Shown piece after piece: positions 18,337-27,602 of a stretch of 32,000 nt of DNA (the stretch's first letter is position 1; each line of letters starts with the position of its first letter). A model generated the notes under the pieces. That model was not told the origin of the DNA, did not search any database, and saw only the letters and a program-made list of their open reading frames with translations. Position numbers and translations under genes: made by a program. The stretch spans positions 1,710,001 through 1,742,000 of the forward strand of contig CBDCNV010000001.1 in NCBI GenBank assembly GCA_965219535.1, written 5' to 3'. This DNA comes from Opitutales bacterium (GTDB taxonomy: Bacteria > Verrucomicrobiota > Verrucomicrobiia > Opitutales > PNEW01).

Positions 18337-19722
18337 ATGAATATATGTTGCATAGGAGCTGGATATGTAGGCGGACCGACCATGGCGGTCATTGCCGATA
18401 AATGTCCTCACATCAAGATTACCGTTGTCGATATCGATAAGCAGCGCATCGAAGCCTGGAATTCTGACTCCTTGCCGGTATTCGAGCCTGGATTGCACGA
18501 TATCGTTATGCAGGCACGTGGCAGAAACCTGTTTTTTTCCTATGAAGTTGAAAAAGGAATACACGATGCAGAGATAATTTTTATGTGTCTGCCTACGCCA
18601 ACGAAAACATACGGTATTGGCGCAGGACGCGCAGCAGACCTGAAATTTATTGAAAATAGTTCAAGGCAGATTGCTGAAGTCTCAAAGTCAAATAAGATAG
18701 TGGTAGAAAAATCTACACTCCCGGTGCGCACTGCGGAGTCGATTAAACGGATATTGGATGCCAATAAAAATGGAGTGGATTTTCAGGTCGTCTCCAACCC
18801 TGAATTCCTGGCCGAAGGCACAGCGATGATAGATTTGGGCAATCCCGATCGCGTCCTCATCGGGGGTGAAAAAACTCCTGGAGGTGAGAAAGCGGTGGAA
18901 ACGATTGCAAATATCTATTCTAGCTGGGTTCCACGGGAAAAAATTATTAAGACAAATATCTGGTCTTCCGAATTATCCAAGCTTGCCGCCAACGCCTTTC
19001 TTGCCCAACGGATTTCTTCTATCAATTCAATATCCGCGCTTTGTGAAGCGACAGGAGCGGATATTGAGGAAGTGGCCCTGGCGATAGGCATGGATTCACG
19101 AATCAGTTCTAAATTTCTGAAATCTTCGATCGGGTTTGGCGGATCCTGTTTTCAGAAAGATATCCTTAATTTGGTCTACCTTTGTGAACATTTTGGTCTC
19201 CATGAGGTAGCGGCTTACTGGGAGCAAGTAGTGACGATGAACGATTACCAGAAGCGTCGCTTTTCCCAGCGCATAGTAAAATCTTTATTTAACTCAGTTG
19301 CGGGTAAGCGGATCGCAGTATTCGGATTTGCCTTCAAGAAAGATACTAATGATACGCGTGAATCCGCGGCGATTACTGTCTGTCGCGATCTATTGGCTGA
19401 ACAAGCAATAATCAGCATCTACGATCCTAAAGTTGAGCCAGATAAGATCTACGCTGATCTGAATATTAAAAAGGGTTCACAGGATGCAAAGCATCCCGAT
19501 CAATGCATAGCCGCCAGGGATGCTTATGAAGCTGCGGAGGGTTCTCATGCTATAGTGGTACTGACGGAGTGGGACGAGTTTAAAGATTTGGATTTTGAAC
19601 GCATTTTCCAATCGATGCTCAAACCTGCTTTTATTTTTGACGGGCGGAATATACTCGATCTTGAAAATCTTCAGTCCATCGGGTTTGAGGTATTTGGTAT
19701 TGGTAAAGGTGACAGCCTTTAA
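18337..19722 (+). CDS. ugd: UDP-glucose 6-dehydrogenase (long, eukaryote-like type)
   Basis: 461 aa. '[13 protein letters not shown]' is the Rossmann motif and '[19 protein letters not shown]' holds the catalytic Cys. '[15 protein letters not shown]' is also present. Confidence 0.95.
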   Translation: MNICCIGAGYVGGPTMAVIADKCPHIKITVVDIDKQRIEAWNSDSLPVFEPGLHDIVMQARGRNLFFSYEVEKGIHDAEIIFMCLPTPTKTYGIGAGRAADLKFIENSSRQIAEVSKSNKIVVEKSTLPVRTAESIKRILDANKNGVDFQVVSNPEFLAEGTAMIDLGNPDRVLIGGEKTPGGEKAVETIANIYSSWVPREKIIKTNIWSSELSKLAANAFLAQRISSINSISALCEATGADIEEVALAIGMDSRISSKFLKSSIGFGGSCFQKDILNLVYLCEHFGLHEVAAYWEQVVTMNDYQKRRFSQRIVKSLFNSVAGKRIAVFGFAFKKDTNDTRESAAITVCRDLLAEQAIISIYDPKVEPDKIYADLNIKKGSQDAKHPDQCIAARDAYEAAEGSHAIVVLTEWDEFKDLDFERIFQSMLKPAFIFDGRNILDLENLQSIGFEVFGIGKGDSL

Positions 19723-19839
19723 TTTGACTTGTGTCGTACCCCGCAAAATCTAAATTGATCTGTCTTTAACACCTCCTGGATAAATTTATTATTCAGAGCG
19801 TGTAAATCAAGTAAACATCCAACTACTGGGGAGAGTATA

Positions 19840-20898
19840 ATGGCAGAACTGTATGGCCAGGTTTTAAGCAAAAATGATATTCTTAAAAGCGTAGGAAATA
19901 TTAATCAAGTAGCGGGGATTAAAGCGTTGGAGTCTACCGATGGTATTGAGCGAGGGAACAGAGTTTTTCAAGTGTGGACCGGCAGCGGATTGACTTTCAA
20001 TGTCGTAGCGGAAAAAGCTTTGGATATTACCGCCTGTCATTACAAAGGGATACCGATATCCTGGGCAGCACCCAGCGGTGAAGTCCACCCCAGTTATTTT
20101 GAAACAAAAGGTTTTGGCTTTCTTCGCTCTTTTCAAGGAGGTCTCGTCGCAACCTGTGGTCTCGATCAGTTTGGAATGCCATGCATTGATGAAGAAGCCG
20201 AATTTGGATTTGAGGGAGGAGTGGAATTTGGACTTCACGGTCGAGTTGGCAATATACCCGCAACTTCAGTGGGATATCGCAGTGAATGGGCGGGTGACGA
20301 CTACCTGCTTGAAATTACGGGTGAAGTCAGACAGGTAAGTTTTTTTGAAGAAAATCTCGTCCTTCGACGAAAAATCAGCACTAGACTCGGATCGAATACA
20401 ATCCATATTAACGATACGGTTACTAATGACGGGTTTAACGCCAACCCGCATATGATATTGTATCATTGTAATTTTGGATTCCCCCTGGTATCTGAGAATT
20501 CTCAGCTGAAATTGGAATCTAATAATACAGAAGGACGAGATGAAAATTCAGCAGCGGGCATTGATCAATGGGATAAATTTCAAGCCCCCACTGCCGGTTA
20601 TACAGAACAGGTATTTATGCACGATCTGAAAGCGGACAGCGATGGATTAGTTAATGTTGAATTGGAAAATCCCGATTTAGGACTCAGTGTGAGACTTGCC
20701 TATAAAAAGTCTCAATTACCAACGCTTTATCAGTGGAAGATGATGAGGGAGGGCGCCTATGTTACCGGGATTGAACCTGCTAACACCGAGGGCATCATGG
20801 GCAGAGTGGATGCTCGAAACCAGGGTCTACTTCCTCAACTAGAACCGGGAGAAAGCAAAGCCTACTCCTTGGATTTGTCGATTATCGATAAAGGATAG
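19840..20898 (+). CDS. Aldose-1-epimerase/mutarotase-like protein (DUF4432-like)
   Basis: 352 aa. The overall pattern ('GIERGNRVFQVWTGSGLTFNVVAEKALDI', 'HMILYHCNFGFP', 'TGIEPANT') resembles DUF4432 and galactose-mutarotase-fold proteins. I recognised this by eye only. Confidence 0.55.
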   Translation: MAELYGQVLSKNDILKSVGNINQVAGIKALESTDGIERGNRVFQVWTGSGLTFNVVAEKALDITACHYKGIPISWAAPSGEVHPSYFETKGFGFLRSFQGGLVATCGLDQFGMPCIDEEAEFGFEGGVEFGLHGRVGNIPATSVGYRSEWAGDDYLLEITGEVRQVSFFEENLVLRRKISTRLGSNTIHINDTVTNDGFNANPHMILYHCNFGFPLVSENSQLKLESNNTEGRDENSAAGIDQWDKFQAPTAGYTEQVFMHDLKADSDGLVNVELENPDLGLSVRLAYKKSQLPTLYQWKMMREGAYVTGIEPANTEGIMGRVDARNQGLLPQLEPGESKAYSLDLSIIDKG

Positions 20899-21138
20899 AT
20901 GCTCGTCGATTGAGGGCTGAGCAAGGGGAAGTTTGAAATAATCTTCGTCATCGTCTGCTACACGACTTCGTCCATCCAGTTCTTTACTACATTCTAATGG
21001 TGGAACGGGCTGTCCCCAGCGCGTTTGATTTTTGCGACATTGAAGAAGCGTGCTAGGATAGCCCGCCTCGGTAACCACGGATGAAACAGTCTCGCAATGA
21101 CAATAGTGGTAAAAACGAAGCTGTATTGTGTGATTTAA

Positions 21139-22029
21139 CTACACAATCGTTTGCTCACTCTCATTGTATAATCGGAAGAGAGCTTGCGTGCCGTCATTTT
21201 CATAACCTAGTTCCGCAAGCTTGTCATAAAGCTTTTTAGCGAGCGAAAGTCCGGGTAGATCCAGATTCATCTCTCTCGCCGAATCGATAGCGATTCCCAT
21301 GTCTTTTATGAAATGTTTAACATAAAACCCGGGAGCAAAATCCTCTTTAAGGGCCCGGGGGGTAATGTTGCTTAAGGACCAGCTTCCGGCTGCTCCACTC
21401 TCGATGCTTTTAAGGACGGTAAAAGGGTCGAGGCCGGATTTTTTCGCGTATTCCATCGCTTCAACGACACCTATCATCAATGTAGAGATGGCAATCTGGT
21501 TACACATTTTTGTGTGCTGTCCAGAACCTGCAGTTCCTTGAAGGACAATATTTTTCCCCATAATTTCTAATACCGGCTTCGCGCGTTCAAACGCATCTTC
21601 GTTAGCCCCGACCATAATAGATAGTCTTGCTTCTTTCGCCCCGAGATCCCCTCCAGAGACGGGAGCATCCACACTTGCGATATTTCTGGCTGCCGCGTCG
21701 TTCGCAATCTGTTGCGCGAGGTTAGGTTTAGAGGTTGTCATATCGATCAATAGTGAACCAGGTTCAGCATTAGCGATAATACCCTCTGCTCCCAGGTATA
21801 CTTCTTCTACGTCATGAGGAAAGCCTACAATCGTAATAATAATATTCGAATTTGCAGCTACATCGGCAACCGAATCCTGCCATTTTGCCCCCTTGTCAAT
21901 GAGTGACTGGGCACGCTCTTTTGTTCGATTATAGACATTAAGAGCGTAGCCGGCGTTCTGTAAATGACCAGCCATACTATTGCCCATGACTCCCAACCCA
22001 ATAAATCCAATTACATCATCTTTGTTCAT
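21139..22029 (-). CDS. NAD(P)-dependent 3-hydroxyisobutyrate dehydrogenase-family oxidoreductase (HIBADH / tartronate semialdehyde reductase-like)
   Basis: 296 aa. 'IGFIGLGVMGNSMAGHL' is the Rossmann motif. 'DMTTS', 'DAPVSGG..GA' and 'GSGQHTKMCNQ' (the catalytic Lys region) also fit. Confidence 0.9.
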   Translation of the reverse strand: MNKDDVIGFIGLGVMGNSMAGHLQNAGYALNVYNRTKERAQSLIDKGAKWQDSVADVAANSNIIITIVGFPHDVEEVYLGAEGIIANAEPGSLLIDMTTSKPNLAQQIANDAAARNIASVDAPVSGGDLGAKEARLSIMVGANEDAFERAKPVLEIMGKNIVLQGTAGSGQHTKMCNQIAISTLMIGVVEAMEYAKKSGLDPFTVLKSIESGAAGSWSLSNITPRALKEDFAPGFYVKHFIKDMGIAIDSAREMNLDLPGLSLAKKLYDKLAELGYENDGTQALFRLYNESEQTIV

Positions 22030-22286
22030 ATTATTTATACTCGTGTTATAATTCTCCTCGTTCTTCTAAACATTTCATTATGTGATTTAGTTGACTTGCA
22101 GATTTATACAAGAAAATAGAAAAATTTGAAGCAACTGAAAGGCAATACTGAGGTGTTGCCGTTAATAGTAGTGTATTTAAATTATAACTTACTTAATTAA
22201 ATTACTGGCCGAGATTTAGAGAGAATTTAATTAAAGATATTCTGCTTTCAACCGATAATTTGGGTTAACGAAAAAATTTACCCAAA

Positions 22287-22733
22287 ATGTCAAAACGGCT
22301 AAAAGATATCTACATTATCGAAGATGATGAAATGCTTCGAGATACTATTGCTAACCAGTTAGAGGATTTCTTTCCTGATCTAGATATAGTCGGTGCTAGA
22401 GGAACGAGCCATAAAGCGTTGATTGAATGCTGGGAGCTCGAACCTGATCTCGCTATTTTGGATATCGGCTTACCGGACATCTATGGATTAGAAATATTAC
22501 ACTTTTTTAAAGCAAAATTTCCAAAAAATTTAGATTTTAATCTATTCAGGATTAGCTGATGAGCATACCGCAGATATTGCAAAACTGAGTGAAGCCGACG
22601 GATTTGTGACGAAGAAATCCGGGATGAGTGAAATAAGAAAAGCAATAACGACAATATAGATGGTGGGTACTATATCAGCCCCGAGCTAGAGAATCTGGGC
22701 ATGCCGCAAAAAGACTTAGCTATCCTAAATTAA
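22287..22733 (+). pseudogene. NarL/LuxR-type response regulator remnant: receiver domain broken by two frameshifts, with the HTH output domain missing
   Basis: Frame 1 (22287-22559) reads 'IYIIEDDEMLRD...LAILDIGLPDIYGLEIL..FKAKFPKN' and then stops at a TGA. The receiver homology continues in the +1 frame from 22534 ('ILIYSGLADEHTADIAKLSEADGFVTKKSGMSEIRKAITTI' followed by TAG). It then returns to frame 1 from 22659 ('DGGYYISPELENLGMPQKDLAILN' followed by a stop at 22731-22733). The conserved Ser and Lys sit in the shifted segment. Confidence 0.6.
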
Positions 22734-22735
22734 TT

Positions 22736-23194
22736 TTATTCCTCTATTACGAGTGCATAGCGGTCCCAATTTATTCTACGAAAACGCCCCGTAGCCAAAT
22801 CTCCGTCGTCCATCTGTTCATCAATCATTTGCATTTGTTGAGCTGTTGCATTGGATAATCGAATACTTATCGCAGCAGTAACCCCCCATTGGTTATAATC
22901 CCAGATCCATTGTCCGCCAACAGGTGAATTCAACCACGCGTTGCCTAAGTAGGGTTCCATATTTGTCGGTATGGGGTTGAATGCTCCATCAGGCGGGTAC
23001 GCCCCGTTTTCAATGGAATAGCGTTTGAATCCTTCAGCGAATGTAGAGTAGTCATGCATGAGACGAGAATTTTCCGAGGCAAGTTGAACTCTCCTGAATG
23101 CGGGTATAGCCATCGAGGCCAATATCCCAATAATCACCACAATAATCATAATCTCGACGAGAGTGATTCCAGAATTATCGTGTCTTTTCCTCAT
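22736..23194 (-). CDS. Prepilin-type N-terminal cleavage/methylation domain protein (type II secretion pseudopilin / type IV pilin-like)
   Basis: 152 aa. 'GITLVEIMIIVVIIGILASMAIPAF' is the class III signal (G|xTLxE plus a hydrophobic helix). The following 'A....L..D......F..Y..ENGAYP' resembles GspG. Confidence 0.9.
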   Translation of the reverse strand: MRKRHDNSGITLVEIMIIVVIIGILASMAIPAFRRVQLASENSRLMHDYSTFAEGFKRYSIENGAYPPDGAFNPIPTNMEPYLGNAWLNSPVGGQWIWDYNQWGVTAAISIRLSNATAQQMQMIDEQMDDGDLATGRFRRINWDRYALVIEE

Positions 23195-23623
23195 TATAAA
23201 TGACGTTAAATATTATTAAAAATGGTGCTTATACCTATATTATAATAGATGGTAAGCTTAGTCTATAATAGGTATATTGCCCTATTAAATTACTAATTAC
23301 AACTCCATTTTACATTTTTTTATATATTCATTAACCCTTTTTATAAAAAGAGATAGGTTATTAATTGTCGTTAATATTGGAAATTATAACCAGTAAAATG
23401 AGCTGCATTTAAGAGTGAAAAGGAAGATTCCGGACTTATCAGCCTATAAATGGGGAAATTCAGGAACAGAAATAGCCACCCTGGGAGTAATAATTCTCTC
23501 TATAATGATTAGTGAGGGGAGTGACTTAAGTGTCCTGAAAAGAGGCGCTTAAAAAGAGCGAGTATAAGTCGATATTTTAAAAAACTGATAAGCAGTTTCA
23601 TCCGAAACTGTTTCACTACTTTT

Positions 23624-23812
23624 ATGTCAAATATTACATTAGGTGATGTAAAAATCACGAGCGAAGAGGGGCATCTAATTTTTGAGGATCGGCGCTTTGA
23701 AAATCAGTATGGTATATTCTTTCCCGATTGTATGCGACAGGGAATATTGGATCCTCCTGAGCAACTCTCTTACATCGTAGGTGAACTGGAAAGAGAGTGG
23801 TTAAGCGATTAG
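23624..23812 (+). CDS. Small hypothetical ORF (62 aa)
   Basis: It is the only ORF in an otherwise non-coding stretch. There is no recognisable motif and the coding status is uncertain. Confidence 0.25.
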   Translation: MSNITLGDVKITSEEGHLIFEDRRFENQYGIFFPDCMRQGILDPPEQLSYIVGELEREWLSD

Positions 23813-23964
23813 TTGGATCGCCAGGAATCCAGTTAAAGAGAATAAGCATTCATGCGATGCACTTTATCCGGTAGCAAACAGGGATGTTCGGGTCCTAACA
23901 GATTTAATCTATTGACGAAATGGCTATTTGTATCGCCGTGTGACACCTTCAAGTAGAGCAGAAA

Positions 23965-24871
23965 TTATGCTTTCCAGTAATCTGCATGCACATAACGGTA
24001 AGTCTCAGGGCCATCGGCTGGCATATCGTCAAACTGATCAAAAGGCGCGGGTGGAGCATAGACAAAAGACATTTCATCCTGATGTATGTAGTCCGCTTGA
24101 TTCCGCTCTTCAATGCAAGCCCGCAGCACATTCTGCTTGAGAGGAATATAGTCTGGGGTATGCGGGCCGTTTTTAACTTCCAGGTGCGCGGTTCTGAATT
24201 CATAGTAAACGACACGCCGTAATTTTTGCGAGCTACTGTCAGGTGAGCCATGTAAAAGTCGAATTTCATGAAAAAGCACATCACCGGGTTGCATGTATAA
24301 GGGGACGGCTTCAGATAATTTAAAATTCAGACTTTTGAAATAAGGTTTCGCACGTTCCTCGCTCCAGCGATGACTGCCGGGGATACCCCAGACACAGGTA
24401 TCATGATCCGCTTCATCCAGATAAAAATCCACATTGAACACCGGGTTTTCATCGGCGCATTGAACGGCGGCGTCACGATGCCAGGGGACTTCAATACCTT
24501 CGCGTGGCATCTTGATCACAATAGCGTCCCAGGTTGGAATCATGTCGGAGCCCATTGAGTTTCTCCACCGACCGTAAGATTGTCGGGTGACCTAAAAGAA
24601 CACGAAATACCGCGCCCTTATCCACCACATAATCGATCCTTCTTAAGATGCTCTTTCCTGTACGTTTTCCTTCCTTGTACAAATAATCCTGAAGAGTTTG
24701 TTGCGGGTTTTCACCTGCAGTGATCAGCTTGTGGGATGCCTCCTGGAGACGTTTCAGTTCAGCTGATACCAAAACGTTCTTAAGTATCAGATAGCCGTTC
24801 TCGTGAAAGAACTGAACCTGCTCATTGGTGATAACGGTCCCTGGTTGAGGGCAGTTTGACGCAATGGACAT
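23965..24871 (-). pseudogene. Phytanoyl-CoA dioxygenase (PhyH)-family Fe(II)/2OG oxygenase, split by a 1-nt frameshift near 24555
   Basis: ORF 24491..24892 carries the PhyH N-terminus ('TNEQVQFFHENGYLILKNVL...HPTILRSVEKL'). ORF 23965..24555 carries the core ('MGSDMIPTWDAIVIKMP...VPWHRDAA' as HxD, 'WGIPGSHRW', 'GDVLFHEIRLLHGSPDSSSQKLRR' as distal His and Arg). The two overlap by 65 nt in different frames, and joined they give about 300 aa, a normal PhyH length. The likely start is Met8 (24871). Confidence 0.75.
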
Positions 24872-24966
24872 GCCTGAATCTGCCATCCACAAATGTTTTG
24901 AAATTCACGCTGATTAGTCGAATCAAAAAAGTAGACCCAACAACCTGTGAAAATAAAAACCCTATG

Positions 24967-26013
24967 CTAAGCCAACCCGCCTTTGACCGCGATTTTGATA
25001 GCATCTTTACCGTCGAGATTGTAGCTACTATGTAAGGCATCAAACCCATCTGAGACTTGCTCTAAGGGAATGATGTGGCTGACAAATCCTTCAAAGAAAG
25101 AGGCGTACTTATCCAGCATAGGCAATGTGCGAAGGAAGTGCTCATTTTCAAACCCCCAGGCTGCTTCGAGACGAAGATTCTTGCGCATAAGCATCTGGTT
25201 GGGATTGCATTCGAATGTACCCACGTCCACGAAGTGTCCAAACTCTACATAGGTGCCGCCATACCGAATATATTCCAAACCTTCGGGGATAGCGCTGAGG
25301 AAACCGCAGCATTCGAAGACGACGTCAGCACCTTTGCCCTGAGGGGTATTATCGCGGACAATTTTTATTCTCTCCTCAGGGTTTGGAACTTCCGCGATGT
25401 CAATCGTGATATCCGCGCCCATCTTTTCAGCCATTTCCATTCTCCCTGCAGGGCCACCAACAACAATGAGTCGCGCCGCGCCTGAGAATTTGGCCCAAAT
25501 GAGTGCGAGCAATCCGATTGGACCTGAACCTTGAATTACAACGGTGTCCCCTAATTGGATTTTCCCTCGTGAAACACAATGGGCTGCACAAGCAGCAGGT
25601 TCTGTGAGGACCGCGATCTCAGGGGTGAGCTCGGTCTTTAGGAACATGGTTTCCGGGTACGAAAGATAGATGTATTCGCTGAAGCCGCCTCGCAAGTAAG
25701 GTGGTTCTTCTGAGGGGGAGAAACCATAACCAGACTTGGGTGAAAGGGCGACACGGTCGCCCACTTTGATCGGCTTACCCACATAGTCAGTTTCGACACC
25801 GGAACCCAGGGTATCAATGATCCCGACATTTTCATGACCGAGTATAAGATCGAAATCCATACGCTGGTATTCCCAGTTGTGAAGATCGGTGCCGCAGATA
25901 CCGCAAAGCTCCTGTCTTAATAGCACTGTCCCCGGAGCGGTCTTGGGTATTGGATACTCGCGCAGTTCAAAATTTTTACCTACCATGACGGATGCGCGTG
26001 CGGTCTTAGCCAT
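24967..26013 (-). CDS. Zinc-dependent alcohol dehydrogenase (MDR superfamily)
   Basis: 348 aa. 'CGICGTDLH' and 'GHENVGII' are catalytic zinc ligands. 'VVIQGSGPIGLLA' is the Rossmann motif. The usual four-Cys structural zinc loop after 'GDRVA' appears to be absent. Confidence 0.92.
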   Translation of the reverse strand: MAKTARASVMVGKNFELREYPIPKTAPGTVLLRQELCGICGTDLHNWEYQRMDFDLILGHENVGIIDTLGSGVETDYVGKPIKVGDRVALSPKSGYGFSPSEEPPYLRGGFSEYIYLSYPETMFLKTELTPEIAVLTEPAACAAHCVSRGKIQLGDTVVIQGSGPIGLLALIWAKFSGAARLIVVGGPAGRMEMAEKMGADITIDIAEVPNPEERIKIVRDNTPQGKGADVVFECCGFLSAIPEGLEYIRYGGTYVEFGHFVDVGTFECNPNQMLMRKNLRLEAAWGFENEHFLRTLPMLDKYASFFEGFVSHIIPLEQVSDGFDALHSSYNLDGKDAIKIAVKGGLA

Positions 26014-26093
26014 ATGATTAGTTAATTAATGCGGATAGTAGAGTCAAATTTTTCCAATACTTAGATACTGTTGTTACAATTAAGACACGAGAA

Positions 26094-27602
26094 TTAAGAG
26101 ATTAATTCGTAGTCCGCCAATTTGACAGTTGAAGTCGCATCGCCATAGGCCCGGATAGGGTTCGACCAGTTTTGCGTTATGCGCCCAGCACTGTTTTTAT
26201 ACCAGGAGGTGCAATTTGGATCGGACCATACCCGCATTGCGAGTTCTTTCTGGAGCTGGTCATTGAAACGGATTTGAGCTTCATGAGTAGGGACCATTGC
26301 TTTTACCCCCTGTTCATCAAGAGCGAGAAGTGCTTTCACAGCATAGTTGACCTGGTGTTGCAGCATTCTTGTGATCGTGCCATGGCCGAGATTCGTGTTC
26401 GGTCCATAGAGCATAAAGAGATTTGGAAAACCGGCGACTGTGATGCCAAGATAAGCCTCCGGTCCTTTTGTCCAGAGTTCGTGCAGGTTCTGACTGTGGC
26501 GGCCAATGACATCCATCGACCAGTGCCAGCCGGTTGTTTCAAAACCGGTAGCGAATATCAACACATCGAAATCGTGAATAGCCCCATCACAGGTTTCAAT
26601 GCCCTGTTTGTTGATCCGGGAGATCCCGTCGGTGACCAGTGAAACATTGTTTCGCATCAATGCCGGATAGTAGGCGTCGGTTGGGAGAACGCGTTTGCAG
26701 CCGATGGGGTAGTCTGGCCTGAGTTTTTTACGCAATTCAGGATCGGATACCTGGGCTTCCATATGATTGAGAGCAATGCGTGTAAAAGCGGCACGACCGA
26801 CCTCGTTCCATTCAAATGCCTGCCAAAAGAAATACTCACTTCGGTCGAAGATCATTTGCCGGTTGTGCTGCCCAAGGCTTGCCGCGCGGTCGGGATTAGT
26901 CATCATGAGCGCTTTTTCCTCGTCTGTGACTTCCCGGTCGACTTTAGGGATAATCCAATTGGGCGAACGCTGGAAGACGGTGAGTTCGGCGGTTTCCTTC
27001 GCGACTTCGGGGACGAGTTGTACCGCGCTCGCTGCCGAGCCAATCACACCAACGCGTTTTCCCTTGAGGCTGACAGTGTCATCCCAACGGGCTGAGTGCA
27101 TGGAGGGACCGGCAAAGCTATCAAGGCCTTCGATCTCCGGCAGGGCAGGGCGGTTCAACTGGCCGAGTGCGGTGATAATCGCATCTGTTTCAATTTTTCT
27201 GCCCGACTCGGTTGTGACGAGCCACAAACAAAGTGATTCATCCCAGGTTACATTTGCCACCCCTTCAGACAGACACAGATGACTCGCAAGCTGGAAGTCT
27301 CCAGCGATAGCCTCCGCATACGCCTGGATTTGCGCGGCGCGGGGGTAGAGGTGACTCCAATTAGGATTGGGCGCGAAAGAAAATTCATATTCCGCGACCT
27401 GTGTATCGCAGCAGCAGCCGGGATATTTATTTTCGTACCAGACCCCGCCAACTTTCGGATGGCGATCGAAAATTAGAAAATCTTCTATACCTGCTTCCTT
27501 GAGTTTAACACCAGCACACAGACCACCAAGTCCTGCGCCAATCACCGCTACTCGGGTTTTATCAGGCATTTGTTTATTCTCCAGAATCGCTTTAATTGGC
27601 AA
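26094..27602 (-). CDS. Type I Baeyer-Villiger monooxygenase (FAD/NADPH-dependent)
   Basis: 502 aa. 'VAVIGAGLGGL' binds FAD. 'GGVWYENKYPGCCCD' matches [A/G]GxWxxxx[F/Y]P[G/M]xxxD. 'FAGPSMHSARWD' matches the BVMO fingerprint FxGxxxHxxxW[P/D]. 'GKRVGVIGSAASAVQ' binds NADPH. The start may be Met12 (27569); the 27602 start overlaps the upstream gene's stop by 11 nt. Confidence 0.92.
   Translation of the reverse strand: MPIKAILENKQMPDKTRVAVIGAGLGGLCAGVKLKEAGIEDFLIFDRHPKVGGVWYENKYPGCCCDTQVAEYEFSFAPNPNWSHLYPRAAQIQAYAEAIAGDFQLASHLCLSEGVANVTWDESLCLWLVTTESGRKIETDAIITALGQLNRPALPEIEGLDSFAGPSMHSARWDDTVSLKGKRVGVIGSAASAVQLVPEVAKETAELTVFQRSPNWIIPKVDREVTDEEKALMMTNPDRAASLGQHNRQMIFDRSEYFFWQAFEWNEVGRAAFTRIALNHMEAQVSDPELRKKLRPDYPIGCKRVLPTDAYYPALMRNNVSLVTDGISRINKQGIETCDGAIHDFDVLIFATGFETTGWHWSMDVIGRHSQNLHELWTKGPEAYLGITVAGFPNLFMLYGPNTNLGHGTITRMLQHQVNYAVKALLALDEQGVKAMVPTHEAQIRFNDQLQKELAMRVWSDPNCTSWYKNSAGRITQNWSNPIRAYGDATSTVKLADYELIS

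Noticed and set aside
20839-21141. An open frame continues in phase immediately after the TAG stop (21139-21141) of the HIBADH-family gene. It reads LNHTIQLRFYHYCHCETVSS...CRKNQTRWGQPVPPLEC... and includes the 79-aa track ORF 20839..21078. This hints at stop-codon readthrough or a small Cys-rich protein.
   Set aside because: Being in phase has a one-in-three chance expectation. The extension has no recognisable motif and no convincing start codon, and it overlaps the 3' end of the convergent gene by 60 nt. It is most likely non-coding.
22287-22559. Treating the 90-aa ORF as an intact short CheY-like protein.
   Set aside because: It ends before the conserved Ser/Thr and Lys of the receiver fold, and those residues are found downstream in another frame. 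The pseudogene or indel interpretation fits better.
23231-23277. An imperfect palindrome, ATACCTAT...ATAGGTAT, with extra partly paired bases, in the spacer upstream of the prepilin-type gene. It could be an operator.
   Set aside because: It has an 8-bp perfect core only, sits in an extremely AT-rich context where such matches arise by chance, and has no second copy in the window. I mention it but do not call it a regulatory site.
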